Of a stretch of DNA of 64,000 bases, positions 13,948-26,651 are shown in pieces. The notes under the pieces were generated by a model. The model searched no databases and was not told where the DNA came from. It worked only from the letters and a program-made list of their open reading frames with translations. Position numbers and translations under genes: made by a program. Within the stretch, counting starts at the first letter, position 1. Each line of letters opens with the position of its first letter. The stretch is taken from contig OX597828.1 of assembly GCA_951406725.2 (NCBI GenBank), positions 16,678,001 to 16,742,000 of the forward strand, in the 5' to 3' direction. The stretch is from Octopus vulgaris. Lineage: Eukaryota.

Positions 13948-14438
13948 TCGGTGCAGAAAATTAATGTGGTTTATTTCAGGCGTAGTCAGTTTCGTCATTG
14001 ACTTTCATGAGAATTAATACCAGCATATTTTGGAGTGATATCGCTACATTTCTGTTTTAGTTGAAGCAGTCTTTGCCTTACATCAACAAAGCAATCTAAA
14101 TTGAATACGAAAATAACTTTAATTCAAATTTGACAACCCCGCCAAATACACGAGTTTTAATTAAGATTTTGAATTAGATATTGCTGACTTTTTGATTATT
14201 ATAATTTCACTTCATTCTTCTCTTAATGATAATTTATATATTTTTGCATTATATGAAAAAAAAAGTATAAGAATAAAAATAAAAACACAAATATTATCAA
14301 GAGAGTTGCTACGTAGAAAAAGGAAAAATTATAAAAACAGACGGAAACAAAGAACATACGAAATTTCAAAATAAACGATGCATAAATTTAAAACTTTGAA
14401 ATAATTATCGATACTTCGGCGAGATAGTTACAAAGGTT

Positions 14439-14873
14439 CATAATTTAGTAGACAAAGGACACATGATGTTGTAGTATTCATGTATTTTTAACAGTATTAA
14501 CGAAGACTGTGAATCTTTTAAACTAGTGTGTGCACATAATTTAGTACACAAATGGCAGATGATGTTGTGGCTTTCATGCATATTTTAACAGTATTAATAG
14601 AGACAGTGTTTTAAACTAGTGTATGGTCTTTTTACTCTTTTGTTTTTTTACTTGTTTCAGTCATTTCACTGTGGCCATGCTGGATCACCGCTTTTAGTCA
14701 AGCAAATGGACCCCAGAACATATTCTTTGTAAGCCTAGTACTTATTCTATCGGTCTCTTTTGCCGAACCGCTAAGTTACGGGGACGTAACACACCAGCAT
14801 CGGTTGTCAAGCGATGTTGGGGGGACAAACACAGACACACAGACACACAGACACATACACACACACACACACA

Positions 14874-14919
<46 letters not shown>

Positions 14920-15310
14920 TACGACGGTCTTCCTTCAGTTCCGCCTATCAAATCCACTCACAAGGCTTTGGTCGGCCCGAGGCTATAGCAGAAGACACTT
15001 GCCCAAGGTGCCACGCAATGGTACTGATCCCGAAACCATGTGGTTGGTAAGCAAGCTACTTACCACACAACCACTCCTACATCATAATTTTGTACACAAA
15101 TGGCAGATGATGTTGTGGCACTCATGCAATTTTATCAGTATTAACAGAGACTGCGAGTGCTTTTAAATTAGTGTATGCTCATAATTTAGTACACAAATGG
15201 CAGATGCATTTTTAACACTATTAAGACTGCAAGCGTTTGAATCTGCTGTATGCTCATAACTTAGTAGACAAAGGAAACTTGATGTTGTAGTATTCAGGCA
15301 TTTTCCAACG
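14439..15310. repeat. Degenerate ~96-bp tandem repeat interrupted by a SINE; another unit near 18950-19055
   Basis: CATAATTTAGTACACAAATGGCAGATGATGTTGTGG-like starts at 14439, 14535, 15083, 15180 and about 15255. Confidence 0.75.
14628..15080 (-). mobile_element. SINE family B, inserted in a 96-bp tandem array
   Basis: Full-length reverse-complement copy. Confidence 0.85.
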
Positions 15311-15459
15311 TGCTTAATTATGGCTGAGGGATTAAGATGCCCGTTTTGCAGTCACGTGTTCAGTCTCACTGTCAGCAAATGTTTTTTACTATCACTCCGT
15401 GCCACCCCATGCCGTATGAGTTAACATGGTAAACAAAATCTCTAGAGAAACCCATCGTA

Positions 15460-15548
<89 letters not shown>
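15460..15548. repeat. (TATC)n microsatellite at the LINE 5' junction; (TATC)n resumes at 18692-18774
   Basis: Direct reading. Confidence 0.95.
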
Positions 15549-15550
15549 CT

Positions 15551-18250
15551 CTAGGGCAACAAAGCCACCATTCGGTCCCTGGTAGATGAACAGGGGCGCG
15601 AGTGGCTCGAGCCAAGTAAAATGTGTGAGGCCTTTCAGCAGCATTTTGCCCGACTGTTTGGAACGAGTGGAGGGCAAGAACGTAGGGTGGACTTCAGTGC
15701 CTACCTACATAGCCTACCACGACTCTCGACAAGAAAGGCAGGGTGCTGCGAAGGTGCCATCACGGCGGCGGAAGTGCAGGAAGCGATGGCAGAATGCTCG
15801 GGGGACAAATCACCGGGTTTGGATGGTCTACCCTACGAGCTTTACAATTGTATGCCAGACTTGTTTGGAGATCTCTTGGCGGCGGTGTACTGCAACTGGC
15901 AGCAAAACGGGAGCATTCCTGGTTTTGTGAGCCGAGGAGCCGTAATACTGCTGAAGAAAGATCTAAACAAGGGAAATGTAATAGATAACTTTAGGCCCAT
16001 CACTCTGCTTAATGCAGACTTGATAATTTTGGCCAAGGTGCTAGCCAAGAGGTTGGCGCTTGTCATCGAGAAACTGGTCGACAAGGCGCAAACATGCGCC
16101 GTGCCAGGCCGGACCATCCATGACAACCTCCACCTGATGCGCTACATCATAGACAGGGTAGTTAACGAACCTGGCATGGGTGGGGGGCTGATCAATTTGG
16201 ATCAATCGAAAGCTTTCGATAGGGTGGACCATCGATACTTGGAGGCGGTCCTCGGAGCGGCTGGCTTCGGTCCCGTCTTCCGCGGCTGGATAGCCGCTTT
16301 GTACAGAGGCATCCGTTCGGTAATTCGCGTGAATGGACATCTATCGAGACCCTTCGACATCGCACGTTCGGTACGTCAGGGATGCCCCTTCTCGTCGCTT
16401 CTATACGTATTGACTCTCGAGCCATTATTGCGGAAGCTGGCAACCTTGAGAGGCATCCCGCGAGAACTGGGATGCGGGACGAGCGTGTCTGCATACGCGG
16501 ACGACGTCACCGTCATAGTGTCTAGCCACGAGCACATCGAGCAGGTCGGCGAGACACTGAAAAACTACGAAGCGGTGACAGGAGCGAAAATCAACCGGGA
16601 AAAGTCAGTGGGCTTGCGACTAGGCACCTGGAGAAGCAAGCCCATGCCGTCCACCAGCGCCTCCGTCGTGGGACGCTGGACCGACGGCCCGGTTGAGTTG
16701 CTCGGGGTCTGGTTTGGTACGGACCTCCAAGTGGAGAAGAACTGGAACGAGATAACGAGTAGGGTGGTCACTCTCGCCCGGCAATGGGCCGAGAGGAAAC
16801 TGTCCCTAAAAGGTCGAGCGGAGGTGGCGAACACGTACATCGCGTCCATCATCTACTACCGCCTGACCGTCGTACCTTGTCCCGACCCTACCATCACCAA
16901 ACTGCAACGCATTCTCTTTCGCTTCTTGTGGAAAGGATGCGTCCCGATGGTCAGGCGATCCATTTGCTGTCAACACCCGTTAAAAGGAGAGCTGGGCATG
17001 CCGTGGTTGATGATGCGCAGACACGCGCTGAGACTGCGACATCTCTGGCTCTATGTAGACGACGGTGAACAGGTGTGGTCGCCGTTTGTAAGGCACGCTT
17101 TCCCGCAGCTCGTCTCCATGACCGAACTGCAGTCGTGGATCAAAAAGAGGCCGAGGAAGGGCGAATGGCACCGCGAGTGTCGCGTTGCTCTCAAGCAACT
17201 CTGCCGTCCTGGGTCGACCTTGAGTGACTTCAACACAACCAAAGCATTCTATAGGGGTTTAGTGGAGGGGAGGTACGACGACGAGCTCGGGGCGAACCTG
17301 GACGTCGACGAGGAGTACCTGACCCGCCTGTTCAGGACGACTTTCGGGCCAGGGCCCATGGACAACTTCCAGAGATCCCTGGCCTGGCAGTGCTACCGAG
17401 AAGCGCTACCCGTTCGGGATAAGCTCTACAGACACGGCTCGAGAAACACGGGGCCGACCTGCCCGAGATGCGGTCAGAGCGACGAAACCGTTCTGCACGC
17501 ACTCGTGCAGTGTCCAACAATTTCCGACCTGTGGGCTTATGTCGAACAACTGCTGTCACGTGTGGGACGAGTCGGTTTATCAGCTGAGTCTATCGTCAAT
17601 ATTGTCACGCCTCCTTCCTTCAAACGGGAAGGAAGAGCTATTTTCATCATCCTTGTGGCTATGGCGAAAGAATGTATCTGGTGGACGCGTCTGAAAGGAT
17701 TGGAGACAAACACTTTCCTCTCTGGTCAATCTCTCATCAACTTCTTCAAGTACCACTTGAAAAGGAAAGTGAGAGTATAGAGGCAAGTTTTATCTAGCGA
17801 ATGTTTTAAAAAAAGATGGGTGAATGTAGCAAGAATGGCACGTATGAATGACGAAGCCACCTTGAGCATGATGCTATGAACCCAGAAATTGAAAACAGAG
17901 AGTTGCTTATTCGAAAAAAAAAAAAAAAAAAAGAAATATAACATGTGACTCCATTGACCGAGGTTACCGTTGTCTTTTCCGTAGGCTTTTCTTTCCACGG
18001 GTAAACCTCACCTGTCCTCCCCTTTACACTTCATATTGACATTTCTGTGATAACGATCCCTATTGATCAATTTTTTTTTTCCTCTCCCCCTTTTTTTTAA
18101 CCCCCTTTTTTTGTCCTCTTTCTCTCCTTTTACGATCCCTTTTGATCGAAACTCCCCCTTCCTTTTTTTTTTTTTTTAAACCTTCAAAAGAAAAGCTCTA
18201 CCTTGTAATTTGTTCTATCTGTGTGCAGCCCTGTGTGGCTAATAAAGAAA
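15551..18250 (+). mobile_element. 5'-truncated non-LTR retrotransposon, L1/Tx1 clade
   Basis: GC-rich block that begins mid-ORF2 right after a (TATC)n tract (in-frame GNKATIRSLVDEQGREWLEPSK precedes the listed Met; no endonuclease domain). It has a pyrimidine-rich 3' UTR ending in a stem-loop plus AATAAAGAAA at 18241-18250. Confidence 0.92.
15621..17879 (+). pseudogene. LINE ORF2 remnant: reverse transcriptase plus C-terminal CCHC zinc knuckle
   Basis: Motifs KSPGLDGL, NFRPITLLNAD, LDQSKAFDRVDH, VRQGCPFS, AYADD and CPRCGQSDETVLHALVQC. TAG at 17778-17780 looks premature: the frame continues RQVLSSECFKKRW...SMML to TGA at 17879. Confidence 0.9.
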
Positions 18251-18259
18251 CATATATAT

Positions 18260-18423
18260 CTGCGCAGAAGTGGCTGTGTGGTAAGTAGCTTCCTTTCCAA
18301 CCACATGGTTCCGGGTTCAATCCCATTCCGTGGCACCTTGGACAAGTGTCTTCTACTATAACCTCGAGTCGACCAAAGCCTTGTGAGTGGATTTGGTAGA
18401 CGGAAATTGAAAGAAGTCTGCCG

Positions 18424-18480
<57 letters not shown>

Positions 18481-18690
18481 TTGTGTATCTGTGTTTGTTC
18501 TCCCCAACATCGTTTGACAACCGATGGTGGTGTGTTTACGTCCCCGTAACTTAGCGGTTCGGCAAAAGAAACGATAGAATAAATACTAGGCTTACAAAGA
18601 ATAAGTCCTGGGGTAGATTACCCCGACTAAAGGCGGTGCTCTAGCATGGCCGTAGTCAAATGACTGAAACAAGTAAAAGAGTAAAAGAAT
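18260..18690 (+). mobile_element. SINE family B (tRNA-like head, CORE-like segment, internal TA/TG microsatellite)
   Basis: GTGGCTGTGTGGTAAG A-box-like, GGTTCAATCCC B box, GGCACCTTGGACAAGTGTCTT CORE-like segment, tail GACTGAAACAAGTAAAAGAGTAAAAGA. Confidence 0.85.
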
Positions 18691-18692
18691 CC

Positions 18693-18775
<83 letters not shown>

Positions 18776-19406
18776 CCTGCATATGTGTTTGTTTTGCGTG
18801 TTTGTCTCTCCACTATCGGTTGATAAATGAGGCCGATAGAATAAGCACTATACCTTAAAAATATCCTGGGTCGATTTGTTCAACTAAATCCTTCGAGGAG
18901 ATGACCACAGTCCAACGATCGAAGGAAGTAAAAGATAAAAGCTGTAACAAAGACTACAGGCATTTTAAAATGGCGCTCATGATTTATAAGAACAAAGGAC
19001 AGATGGTGGTGTAGCATTCATGAATTTTCCAATAGCATTAGCAGAGACTGTAGGTGTCGGTAAGCATTTGTGAAACGTGCCTGGATTTTCAGTTTCGAGT
19101 CCAGTCATCACCTGCCTACCCCGTAAGTGTATCTAACGCTGACAGATCGATGAACATCAATAGAGTTTCTATTCCTACACACTCTAAGACAATAAGATGA
19201 ATTATTCGATGGTGATTGAATCACCTGGATAGGTTATTGTATGTTTCAACTTTAATAGTTGAGTTTAGTTGACAGGATATGTCCTCAACCGAAACTCGAA
19301 ACTGCACCACGACATTTCTTGTTTTACAGCATTTGCCAAAGATTAGAATAATTATTCAGCTATATTCAGACAATATATTCGGCCGATGCACAGATTTCTT
19401 TTTGAA

Positions 19407-19637
19407 GGCGGCGAGCTGGCAGAAACGATAGCACGCCGGGCGAAATGCGTAGCCGTATTTCGTCTGCCGTTACGTTCTGGGTTCAAATTCCGCCGTGGTC
19501 GACTTTGCCTTTCATCCTTTCGGGGTCGATAAATTAAGTACCAGTTACGCACTGGGGTCGATATAATCGACTTAATCCATTTGTCTGTCCTCGTTTGTCC
19601 CCTCTGCGTTTAGCCCCTTGTGGGTAGTAAAGAAATA
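19407..19637 (+). mobile_element. SINE family A (tRNA-like head, conserved central domain, LINE-like tail) with a 13-bp TSD
   Basis: Head GGCGGCGAGCTGGCAGAAAC, B box GGTTCAAATTCC, central GTCGACTTTGCCTTTCATCCTTTCGGGGTCGATAAATTAAGTACCAG. TSD TATATTCAGACAA at 19361-19373 and 19638-19650. Confidence 0.88.
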
Positions 19638-20354
19638 TATATTCAGACAAAAAGCTACTGTTAGAATAAAATAGACGCAGGCATGTCTGTGTAGGGAGAA
19701 GTTGCTTCCCATCCACATGATTCCGGGTTTGGTCCTGCTGCGTGGCACATTTTCTATTGTCTCGGCCGACCAAAGTCTTGTGAGTGGATTTGGTAGACAG
19801 AAACTGTGTGTGCGTTTGTCCAGCACCACCACCAGAACCACTTGGCAACCGACGTTGGTTTGTTTACGCCATCGTTAGTTAGCGTTTCGGCAAAAGAAAG
19901 CGACGGAATAAATACCAACCATAAATGATATACATATCAGAGTCAATTCATTCGAATAACAATTCTTCAAGGGGGTGCCCCAGCATGGCTGCAGTCGAAT
20001 GACTGAAACAAGTTAAAGATATAAGAATAAGGCCAAAGGGAAACTAGAGGATGGAGACGCTCTTGCGAGGGTGACAGTTTGGGGTCTGTTGTATAAGTCT
20101 GTATCGGCTTGGGCGATTCGGTGAAGTAACAACCCCCAGGGCTACGACGGTGGCACAAACTCTTGCTACGTCAATGCCTAAGTAGACGACTTGTCAGTCA
20201 TTAGAATGTCGATTAAGATGTATTCCGCTATTAGGTATGTATATCTGTCCGACAGTTCAAATCTTGCTGAAGTCAATTTTGCATTTCATTCTTTGGGGGG
20301 CGATTAATACCGGGACCCGTTTCTTCTTCCCTAACTGAAATTACAAGATGATTT

Positions 20355-20750
20355 TTTTTTACTTGCTTCAGTCATTTGACTGCGGCCATGCTGGAGCACC
20401 GCCTTTAATCGAGCAACTCGACCCAGGGACTTATTCTTTGTAAGCCCAGTACTTACTCTATCGGTCTCTTTTGTCGGACCGCTAGGTGACGGGGACATAA
20501 ACACACCAGCATCGGTTGTCAAGCAATGCTAGGGGGAGAAACACAGACACACAAACACACACATACACATATATATACATATACATATATACGACGGGCT
20601 TCCTTCAGTTTCCGTCTACCAAATGCACTCATAAGGCTTTGGTCGGCCCCAGGCTATAGTAGAAGACACTTGCCCAAGGTGCCACGCAGTGGGACTGAAC
20701 CCGGAACCATGTGGTTGGTAAACAAGCTACTTACCACACAGCCACTCCTG
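20355..20750 (-). mobile_element. SINE family B
   Basis: Full-length copy. Other copies lie at about 1850-2095(-), 19677-20030(+), 34036-34165(+), 39260-39810(-), 44340-44815(-) and 59505-60015(+). Confidence 0.85.
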
Positions 20751-21676
20751 GTCCTAGTCTAGTAAAAAAGAAGAAACCGAAGGAAGGCAACAAGGACGTC
20801 CTCCATGGTAGTTTTTCTTCAGATACAGAACTTCCTTGGCAAGCAGATAGTACTTGCAAGGGGCATTATGGGATCATTTGTCAACGTTATGAAATCAAGA
20901 AAGAAGGAACAATCAAAGTGATGCAGACGATCTCGGGCTGCTTCTGCAAAACTTGATGTTTTGTCTCCTGTTGTCAGTGTTCAGCTCATATAACGTGAAA
21001 ACGTTCCGATCGAGCTGGGCATTAGATGGTACATGTCAGTCTCGTGAAAGGTAGGTACTATGTACTGGTATTTTCACTGCTGTATTAAATAGAAAAATGA
21101 TTGCTTTTCTTTCCTTAGTCCAAATTTTACCATATTGCTTGAATAAAAAGAAATTTAATTTAGTCTACAATGGTTGTGGGATTGGCAGACGACACATTAG
21201 TTAGACTGTGTTATATTCTATACGTCTCTTTACGTTGTGTTCAATTGTCACCGAGGTCAAATTTGATTTTAACCTTACAGAGTGGACAAAATAAAATACC
21301 ATTTATGTAATATGTCGATATAATTAATCAACGGATTCTCTCACCAAATTTCTGATCTCTCAGCCAGTACATTATACACTGGTTTCAAATTTTGGCACAA
21401 GAAGAGCAATTTCGTGGTGAGTGCAATTCAATTACAGTGACCCCAGTACTCAGCTGGTGAATGGCAAAGTCGACCCCGGAATCATGTGGTTTGAAAGCAA
21501 ACTTCTCCCTACACAGCCATACCTACGTCTATGTTATTCTAACAGTAGCTTTTTGTCTGAATATAACTGATTAATTACTCTAATCTTGGGCAAGTGTTTG
21601 TAAAACACGAGATACTGCGGTGCAGTTTCGATTTTCGGTTGAGGACATTTCCAGTCAACTAACATAACTCAGCTGA

Positions 21677-22185
21677 TGAAAGGCAAAGTCGACCTCTGCG
21701 GCATTTGAAATCAGAACATGAAGACAGACGAAATACCTGTTTCATTACTACCCACAAGGGGCTAAACACAGAGAGGACAAACAAGGACAGACAAAGGGAT
21801 TAAGTCGATTACATCGACCCCACTGCGTAACTGGTACTTAATTTCTCGACTCCGTAAGGATCAAAGGCAAAGTCGACCTCGGCGGAATTTGAACTCAGAA
21901 CGTAGCGTCAGACGAAATACCACTAAGCATTTTGCTCGGCGTTCTAACGTTTTTGACAGCTCGCCGCCTTTAAAAGTTATTTTCTAGGCACAAGGCCCGA
22001 AATTTTTGGGGAAGAGGCCAGTCGATTAGATCGATCCCAGTACGCAACTGGTACTTAACTTATCGATCCCGAAAGGATGAAAGGCAAAGTCGACATCCGC
22101 GGAATTTGAACTCGGAAAGTAAGGACAGACGAAACACCCTGTTAATACCCGGCGTGCTAACGATTCCACCAGCTCGCCGCCTTAT
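21677..22185 (-). mobile_element. Cluster of SINE family A copies
   Basis: Reverse-complement matches to 19407-19637; two different 3' tails are present. Confidence 0.8.
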
Positions 22186-22780
22186 TGCAAATACTAATAA
22201 TAACAACTCTGTGCGCTTGGGCTTAAGATGAGATGGAATTTATTGTTATAAGCAAATTGTCTTCACATTTTGAAGCACCAGTGAGAGTGTACAAACTGGT
22301 GATATTTCGAGTAAGTTAATGTTCGATACCTTATCGTTACGATCAATCAGTGTTCTTCATTGCATTGCACACGCATGGCAATCAGTAAAAAAAAAAAGTT
22401 TCCTCCGTAAAAATTCTCTCTCCTCCTCTCATTTTATGCTTCTGTTTCTTTCTGGTTAAGGATGTTGAACGAAATACCCATGTTTCTGGAGGTGAATTAT
22501 TCAAATCCCAAAGAATCTCTCTCAACACTAGGCTATGATGCTCTTCCACTACTTCTGCTCGTGATCAGAGATGCACATATCGTCAGCCACCAAAAGATAT
22601 ATTCAACTGGTTAAGGTCAAGCAACTGACAATCAAATCTGTGGTATTGAGCAGAATATTTGCTGTAGCCCATCTTTTATACCAAGGCAAAACAAAATACA
22701 TGATAACACTTCTAATCAGTTAAGATCAGAAGGCACGAGAGCCATTGTCTGGTACTGCATCGAGGCATCTGTTGTTGTTG

Positions 22781-22818
<38 letters not shown>

Positions 22819-22828
22819 GTTGTTGTTG

Positions 22829-22905
<77 letters not shown>

Positions 22906-23844
22906 TCCCTGATAGCAGGGTGGTGAGATGGCAGAAACATTAACACGGCGGGTAAAAATGCGTAGTTGCATTCCGTAAATCTTTATATTATCAGTTCAAA
23001 TTACACCGAAGTCAACTTTGCTTTTCATCTTCTCGGGATCGGTAATCAGTTGAGAACTTGGGGCGATGTAATTGACTTATCCCCTTCTCCGAAATTGCCG
23101 GCCAGAAATTGTCAGCAGAAATTCGCCATTACCTTCTGCCGGAGTTGCGTGGAGCTTAGGTATTTCTCTCATAAACAAACACATCACCCGGTCTGAGATT
23201 CGAACCTGCGATCCCTCGACCGCAAGTCCGCTGCTCTAACCACTAGGCCATATGCCTCCTGTGCCTAGAGCTGAAAAGTATATTTCAGCACTTACATCCT
23301 TATTGTCATCTCACCTTATCTTTTTAGTCGCTTTTATTTCTTTTGCTTGCAGTCTCTTACCTTACTATTATATTTTCATCAAGTACAGCCTTCTGCTGCC
23401 GCACTCCTGCTAGCACGATCTGCACCTTATCTCTTTCTTTCCGCCGCAACCTCACTCTCTTTCAGCAACATGCTAGCTAGATCTTCGCTCAAGTTCTGTC
23501 TCTTTCTCAAAATGCATAAACATGTTTTTCATCTCTTTCATGTGCTCTCCTACACGTATTATAACGCATGTTATGCGTACAAGCACTCACACCCGCTCAC
23601 AAAACACAAAATACATACACAAACATATGCAAGCACTCGCACAATCACAGACAGGTACAAAACACATAAATATACAAACACACACAAAAAACTATCTTCT
23701 AAATCACCGTCAAAGCGAAGCGTCAGATGATATAAAAGGTTAGCCATTTGTAAAATATGTCGCTCCAAGTATTTGAGATAATTAATCGCTTCACTTTATA
23801 CTTCCGTTATTTTGATTCTATGATGTATGAGCAATCATGTACAC

Positions 23845-23934
<90 letters not shown>

Positions 23935-24021
23935 AAACACATACACATACACACACGGACGCTCGCACAGAAATACACACGCACGCACTTACATTCGCAC
24001 GCGTATATACATATATATATA

Positions 24022-24084
<63 letters not shown>

Positions 24085-24254
24085 GCACAGGCACAGACAC
24101 ACACAAAATATGTACACATACATACAAGCTCTGACACAGACATAAATGTATGTGTATGTGTTATGCTTGCGCACAATTACCCACATACGTATATATATGT
24201 GTGTACATATGTGTGTATATATGTGCATACGTAAGAGCATACATTCATACGTTC

Positions 24255-24292
<38 letters not shown>

Positions 24293-24661
24293 TTGTGCTT
24301 GTGTCTATGCGTGTGTGCGTGTGTGTAAATTATGAAGTATCATGTTAAATTACAAAATGTAATATAACAAAAATATAGCCACAAAAACACATAAAAAATA
24401 GATGAAGCAAATAAAAATATATAAAAATCTAAAAAAACGATAACAAAAACATGAAAATATAAAAAAGCTAACAAGCAATAAAATGATAAAATGAAATAAT
24501 TTGAATATGTTTTCGAGACATTTCCATGCAATCTTCAATCTGAGCGTATAGGGGACACACAGACATAGCTATAGTCATGTTTACACTTAACCACTGAACA
24601 TGCTCGCTTGCGCATACACACACCTAAACACGGGACGTACATAAACGTAAGTGCATGCAAC

Positions 24662-24702
<41 letters not shown>

Positions 24703-24783
24703 ATATATTAGACAAAAGGAGATAACGTAGCCAAAGCTGTGAGGTGTTTTCAGGACACTTATAAGGAAAGAGATATAGATATA

Positions 24784-24831
24784 GTCTTACAGCTGTTTCT
24801 GGGTTATTATGGATATCTCTTCATCAGAGAC
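24784..24831 (-). ncRNA. Hammerhead motif in a (TA)n-flanked insert (~24710-25000)
   Basis: GUCU-CUGAUGA-...-GAAA-CAGCUG-UA-AGAC: palindromic ACAGCUGU helix III, GUA cleavage triplet, weak stem II. Confidence 0.6.
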
Positions 24832-24997
24832 GATGTAACGTGGTTAAATAGAAATAAATGTTTGAGTTCGAAATATGGAATTATTGTGGAAAAAAAGGAG
24901 ATAGGGTATATAGAGGGAAATAAGAGAATGAAAGTAGAAGTAAAATATAAAGCATTGAAGTTGCAGTACTATTATTCGAGTAAAGTGGTGTATAGAA

Positions 24998-25048
<51 letters not shown>

Positions 25049-25100
25049 CTATTTTTAAATCTCTCAATTAGAGACATTCAGTAACAGTACTAGAGTAAAG

Positions 25101-25416
25101 ATTATTTGCCAGCATAACGAGGTATTCCTGGTTTAGGACGTATGTTACTGTTATTTAGCCCTAGGAAGTATCGTATCAAGCTGGTTACATGTCACCTCAA
25201 ACCGAACAGTTATTCTGTGCCGATGAAAGGAAATAACCCAGAAATCACGTTACACAGATATTGTTTTGTGCTGAGTGGGGTTACTAAATTCGCTTGTTCG
25301 AAGATATAAGGACACAGACAGTGTATTGTGTAGCCAGCTGGAGACGATTTTCCTGGGGCTAAATAATAGTAACATTCGTCTTAAACCAGGTTTGCCACGT
25401 TATGTTGACAAATAAT
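25101..25416. mobile_element. Fold-back element with ~85-bp terminal inverted repeats and an internal hammerhead-like motif (25214-25258, +)
   Basis: Arms ATTATTTGCCAGCATAACG...GCTGGTTACA and TGTAGCCAGC...CGTTATGTTGACAAATAAT. Internal UCUGUG-CCGAUGA-...-GAAA-UCACGU-UA-CACAGA. Confidence 0.7.
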
Positions 25417-25572
25417 GTTTACGTGTAATCACAGGGATGTGAGTTCGAGTCTCATAGCTGGCCTCCGACAGATTTTTCGGCAAAATATGGATAGTTTATC
25501 CTGTTCATGCTATATTAGAATTATCCTGTTTGAGAATATAATTATTCCTCTCTCTCTCTCTCTCTGTATATA

Positions 25573-25628
<56 letters not shown>

Positions 25629-25678
25629 CATATATATATATACTCATATACATGCGCATATACACTTTAAGAATTATG

Positions 25679-25768
25679 GCTACCATTGGTTCAATATTAA
25701 GAGAAATTCCTTAACAATTATCAAGCTTACCGCATGGGATTTCTCTTAACACGAAGCCAATGGTAGCT
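25679..25768. repeat. Short fold-back (~32-bp imperfect inverted repeat)
   Basis: GCTACCATTGGTTCAATATTAAGAGAAATTCC / GGATTTCTCTTAACACGAAGCCAATGGTAGC. Confidence 0.65.
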
Positions 25769-25873
25769 TTAAGCTATAGAATAGAATTTTTATCCAGTGT
25801 TGAGTGCACATTTTCATTGTTTCATATCAATGCCTTGTGAGTAGATTTGGTAGACGCAAACTGAAAGACAGTC

Positions 25874-25909
<36 letters not shown>

Positions 25910-25912
25910 AAT

Positions 25913-26382
<470 letters not shown>

Positions 26383-26417
26383 GGTGAGAAAGTTGGTGTG
26401 TGAAAGCACGTGGTTGA

Positions 26418-26587
26418 ATATATAGAAAATAGTAAAATGTGAAAAGACTACAGAAGGCTTTCTTTTCTTCAAAAACTATGTCATTGTATGAAAAAAATTT
26501 ATAACATTCTTCAGACATAATGACTCAAATATATATTTCTTAACCTTTTAAAACAAGCCTTCTGTAGTTTTTTCACTTTTTACTATT

Positions 26588-26596
<9 letters not shown>
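26418..26596. repeat. Fold-back (43-bp inverted repeat) inside a (TA)n tract
   Basis: ATATATAGAAAATAGTAAAATGTGAAAAGACTACAGAAGGCTT versus AAGCCTTCTGTAGTTTTTTCACTTTTTACTATTTTCTATATAT. Confidence 0.7.

Positions 26597-26651
<55 letters not shown>

Noticed and set aside
15586-17998. Overlapping alternative-frame and antisense ORFs in the LINE
   Set aside because: These are shadows of the GC-rich RT ORF and carry no independent motifs.
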